Shown: positions 61,633 through 64,000 of the stretch, one piece after another | Layout of the letters: the number at the start of each line of letters is the position of its first letter | Numbering within the stretch: the stretch's first letter is position 1 | From: Octopus sinensis | Taxonomy: Eukaryota | Assembly: GCF_006345805.1 (NCBI RefSeq) | Contig: NC_043007.1 | Location: 35,650,001 to 35,714,000, forward strand | DNA: 64,000 bases | Direction of reading: 5' to 3' | Program-made: the position numbers and the translations under genes | Notes under the pieces: generated by a model | Told to the model about the DNA's origin: nothing | Databases searched by the model: none | What the model saw: the letters and a program-made list of their open reading frames with translations, nothing else

Positions 61633-62237
61633 CTACATCTGAAGCAAAATTTCTTCAGGGGCCCTTAAAATACTATTGTGGATCCCTAATTTACTATTTT
61701 GTTGTGTGGACCCCCAAAAATGTTATATGGACACTCAGGGGCCATATGGATCCCAGTTGAGAACCACTGTCTTAAAGCAAAGACTTGTTTCCCAACTAAG
61801 AAACAAAGCAAGCCGAAAGAGAGAATCAATCTTTCTCTCTCCATACACATACATACACTACTGGTAGAATGAGCAACCACTTAGGGCCTTCCTCATAGTG
61901 TTGGTGGTAAGTTGAATGATAAAAGTGATCTGTCGTGCTACTTAGTCAACTCCCACCTCATTCATCGTACATAGATGCCACAATACTTACACCCCATCAC
62001 CATATACAACCACTCATCATTTCATCTCACCATCTTTTCCTTTCTTCCTAGAAACGTGATATTTTCAACGTAAGAAGAAATAACAGCCATTCAACATGTA
62101 TTCAGCATATTTCATTCTGTAAATGGGGCAATGGAACTTGTATCTCATGTTAAACATGTGACTGTTACACACTTGTCTGTGATGTCTAATGTTCAGTGAT
62201 TCACCTCTGCTGCTGCTGCTTTTCTTTTAGTTTTTAA

Positions 62238-62699
62238 CCCTTTTGTTACCAACCTGGCTGAAACCGGCTCTGGCTCTGAGTACAAATGTCTTGTTTTCAT
62301 AAGTTTTGAATTAAAATCTTCCACCAAACCTTAATTACAATTTATGTTCCTAACGCTAGCTTTGGCAGAAATGTAAGGTGGCGAGCTGGCAGAAACGTTA
62401 GCAAACCGGGCGAAATGCGTAGCCGTATTTCGTCTGACGTTATGTTCTGAGTTCAAATTCCCTCGAGGTCGACTTTGCCTTTCATTCTTTCGGGGTCGAT
62501 TTAATAAGTACCAGTTACACACTGGGGTCGATATAATCGACTTAATCCGTTTGTCTGTCCTTGTTTGTCCCCTCTGTGTTTAGCCCCTGGTGGGTAGTAA
62601 AGAAACAGATAACTAAATTATTTTACTAAATTCTTTGTTATATTTAAAGTAATTGAAAGAAACACAGAGCATCTAAAAATAAATGCGGTAACAAAAGGA
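62238..62699 (-). mobile_element. piggyBac-type MITE interrupted by a full-length SINE B (about 62376-62608, +)
   Basis: TTAA at 62234-37 and 62700-03. Both halves match 9234-9456. Confidence 0.8.
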
Positions 62700-63088
62700 T
62701 TAAGCCTAGATCAACCCTGATTCTGTTGATCTTATGAGGAAAGATGTCCCAGGTATGGACATACTGCTTTCTTTTTTATTCAGATATCACATGATCATGT
62801 AACCAACCAGGCCATTAGATGTTGTTACACATCGCTGGTCACAATGCATTTTCCATTGTTTTTTAGCCTTCAAATGACAGGGTGAGGGTATTTAGCAGTG
62901 ATGATGATCATCATCATTAGCTAAGAAGTAATCTCCAGAAAAAGGTGCAGTTTTCAGGCCAAGGAAGTGACTAGCTAACACACTTATACATATAACTAAC
63001 TGGTATTTAGAACAGTAAAAAATATTCAAGACATATCTAAGGTTTAGAATGTAATTCTTTATTATTGTTGTGGTATAAAATTTGAGTG

Positions 63089-63404
63089 TGGAGGCACAAT
63101 AGCCCAGTGGTTAGGGCAGCAGACTTGCGGTCAGAGGATCGCGGTTTCGATTCCCAGACCGAGCGTTGTGTGTGTTTATTGAGCGAAAACACCTAAAGCT
63201 CCATGAGGCTCCAGCAGGGGGTGGTGGCGACCCCTGTTGTACTCTTTTGCCCCAACTTTCTCTCATTCTTTCTTCCTGTTTCTTGAGTAACACTGCAATA
63301 GACTGGCATCCCGTCGAGCTGGGGAGAACACATACGCCATAGAAACCGGGAAACTGGGCCCATGAGCCTGGCTAAGCTTGAAAAGGGCGCATAAATAAAA
63401 AAAA
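63089..63404 (+). mobile_element. SINE family D, full length, 12-bp TSD
   Basis: TSD AAAATTTGAGTG at 63077-63088 and 63405-63416. Confidence 0.9.
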
Positions 63405-64000
63405 AAAATTTGAGTGAAGGTGCTTTTTGTTTCTTTGTTAGAAACCAGTTTTGTTTTTTATAGGAATAATTCAAATAAGTAAAAAGAAAATAATATCGGT
63501 ACAGATGTGGCTGTGTGGTAATAAGTTTCCTTCTCAACCACTTGGTTTTGGGTTCAGTTCCATTGCATGGCATCTTGGGCAAGTGTCCTGTACAATAGTC
63601 TCTGGCTTACTAAAGACTTGTGAGCAGATTTGTCAGATGGAAACAGAAAAAAGCCCACCCATCATATAGGTGTGTGTGTGTGTCTTTGTGTTTGTCCGCC
63701 ACCATCATTTGACAAGCAGTGTTTGTTTGTTTACATTCCCATAACTTAGTAGTTTGTTACAAAAAAGACCAATAGAACAAGTACCACTTTAAAATAAATA
63801 CTGAAGTCAAGGCAATGCCCAAGCATGGCTGCAGTCCAATGACCAAAACAGGTAAAAGGGTGGAGGAAAAACGTACATGTATGTGTATATCTCTCTATCA
63901 ATTTATACTCCCCTCTCTCTCTTTCTCTCTATCTATCTGTCTGTCTATCTATCTATCTATTTATCTATATATATATATATATATACACACACAGGGCTGG

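Noticed and set aside
63089-63170. tRNA-like sequences at SINE heads (families A, B, D, E)
   Set aside because: A/B boxes are present, but there is no full cloverleaf and they continue into SINE bodies, so they are not tRNA genes.
149-63669. Most ORFs in the supplied track (YIYI, CVCV, HTHT, poly-V/T/G, and recurring SINE peptides such as RLPNPLTRLWS or LQHGHSQMTETSK)
   Set aside because: They are translations of TA/CA/ACC microsatellites or SINE consensus sequence, with no gene-like structure.

Overview
AT-rich, microsatellite-dense animal genomic DNA. The repeat content (tRNA-derived SINEs with CORE-like and V-domain-like cores, long TA/CA/ATT/ACC tracts) points to an octopus or other coleoid cephalopod; this is an inference. 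No host protein-coding exon could be identified with confidence, and most listed ORFs are microsatellite or SINE read-throughs. The window looks like a long intron or an intergenic region filled with mobile elements. Four SINE families are present (working labels A, B, D, E). There are decayed LINE fragments (RTE, RTE-X, CR1-like, R4/Dong-like), three Penelope-like element (PLE) coding remnants, a multiply deleted Helitron, hAT/piggyBac/pogo-type MITEs, a U6 snRNA pseudogene and one 100-N gap. The most interesting signal is a set of short non-coding elements embedded in (TA)n tracts that carry type I hammerhead ribozyme motifs. The cores at 23114-23211 (+) and 56437-56505 (-) are complete. A third complete core with weak stem I is at 55941-56038 (-), and several degenerate, variant or half motifs occur elsewhere. 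Some related elements form long fold-back inverted repeats. Together these suggest a non-autonomous, PLE-mobilised, TA-targeted ribozyme-retroelement system. A pre-miRNA-like hairpin (19622-19673) and a CpG-retaining island (about 50.3-52.0 kb) also merit follow-up. SINE and LINE boundaries are approximate (about +/-10 nt).
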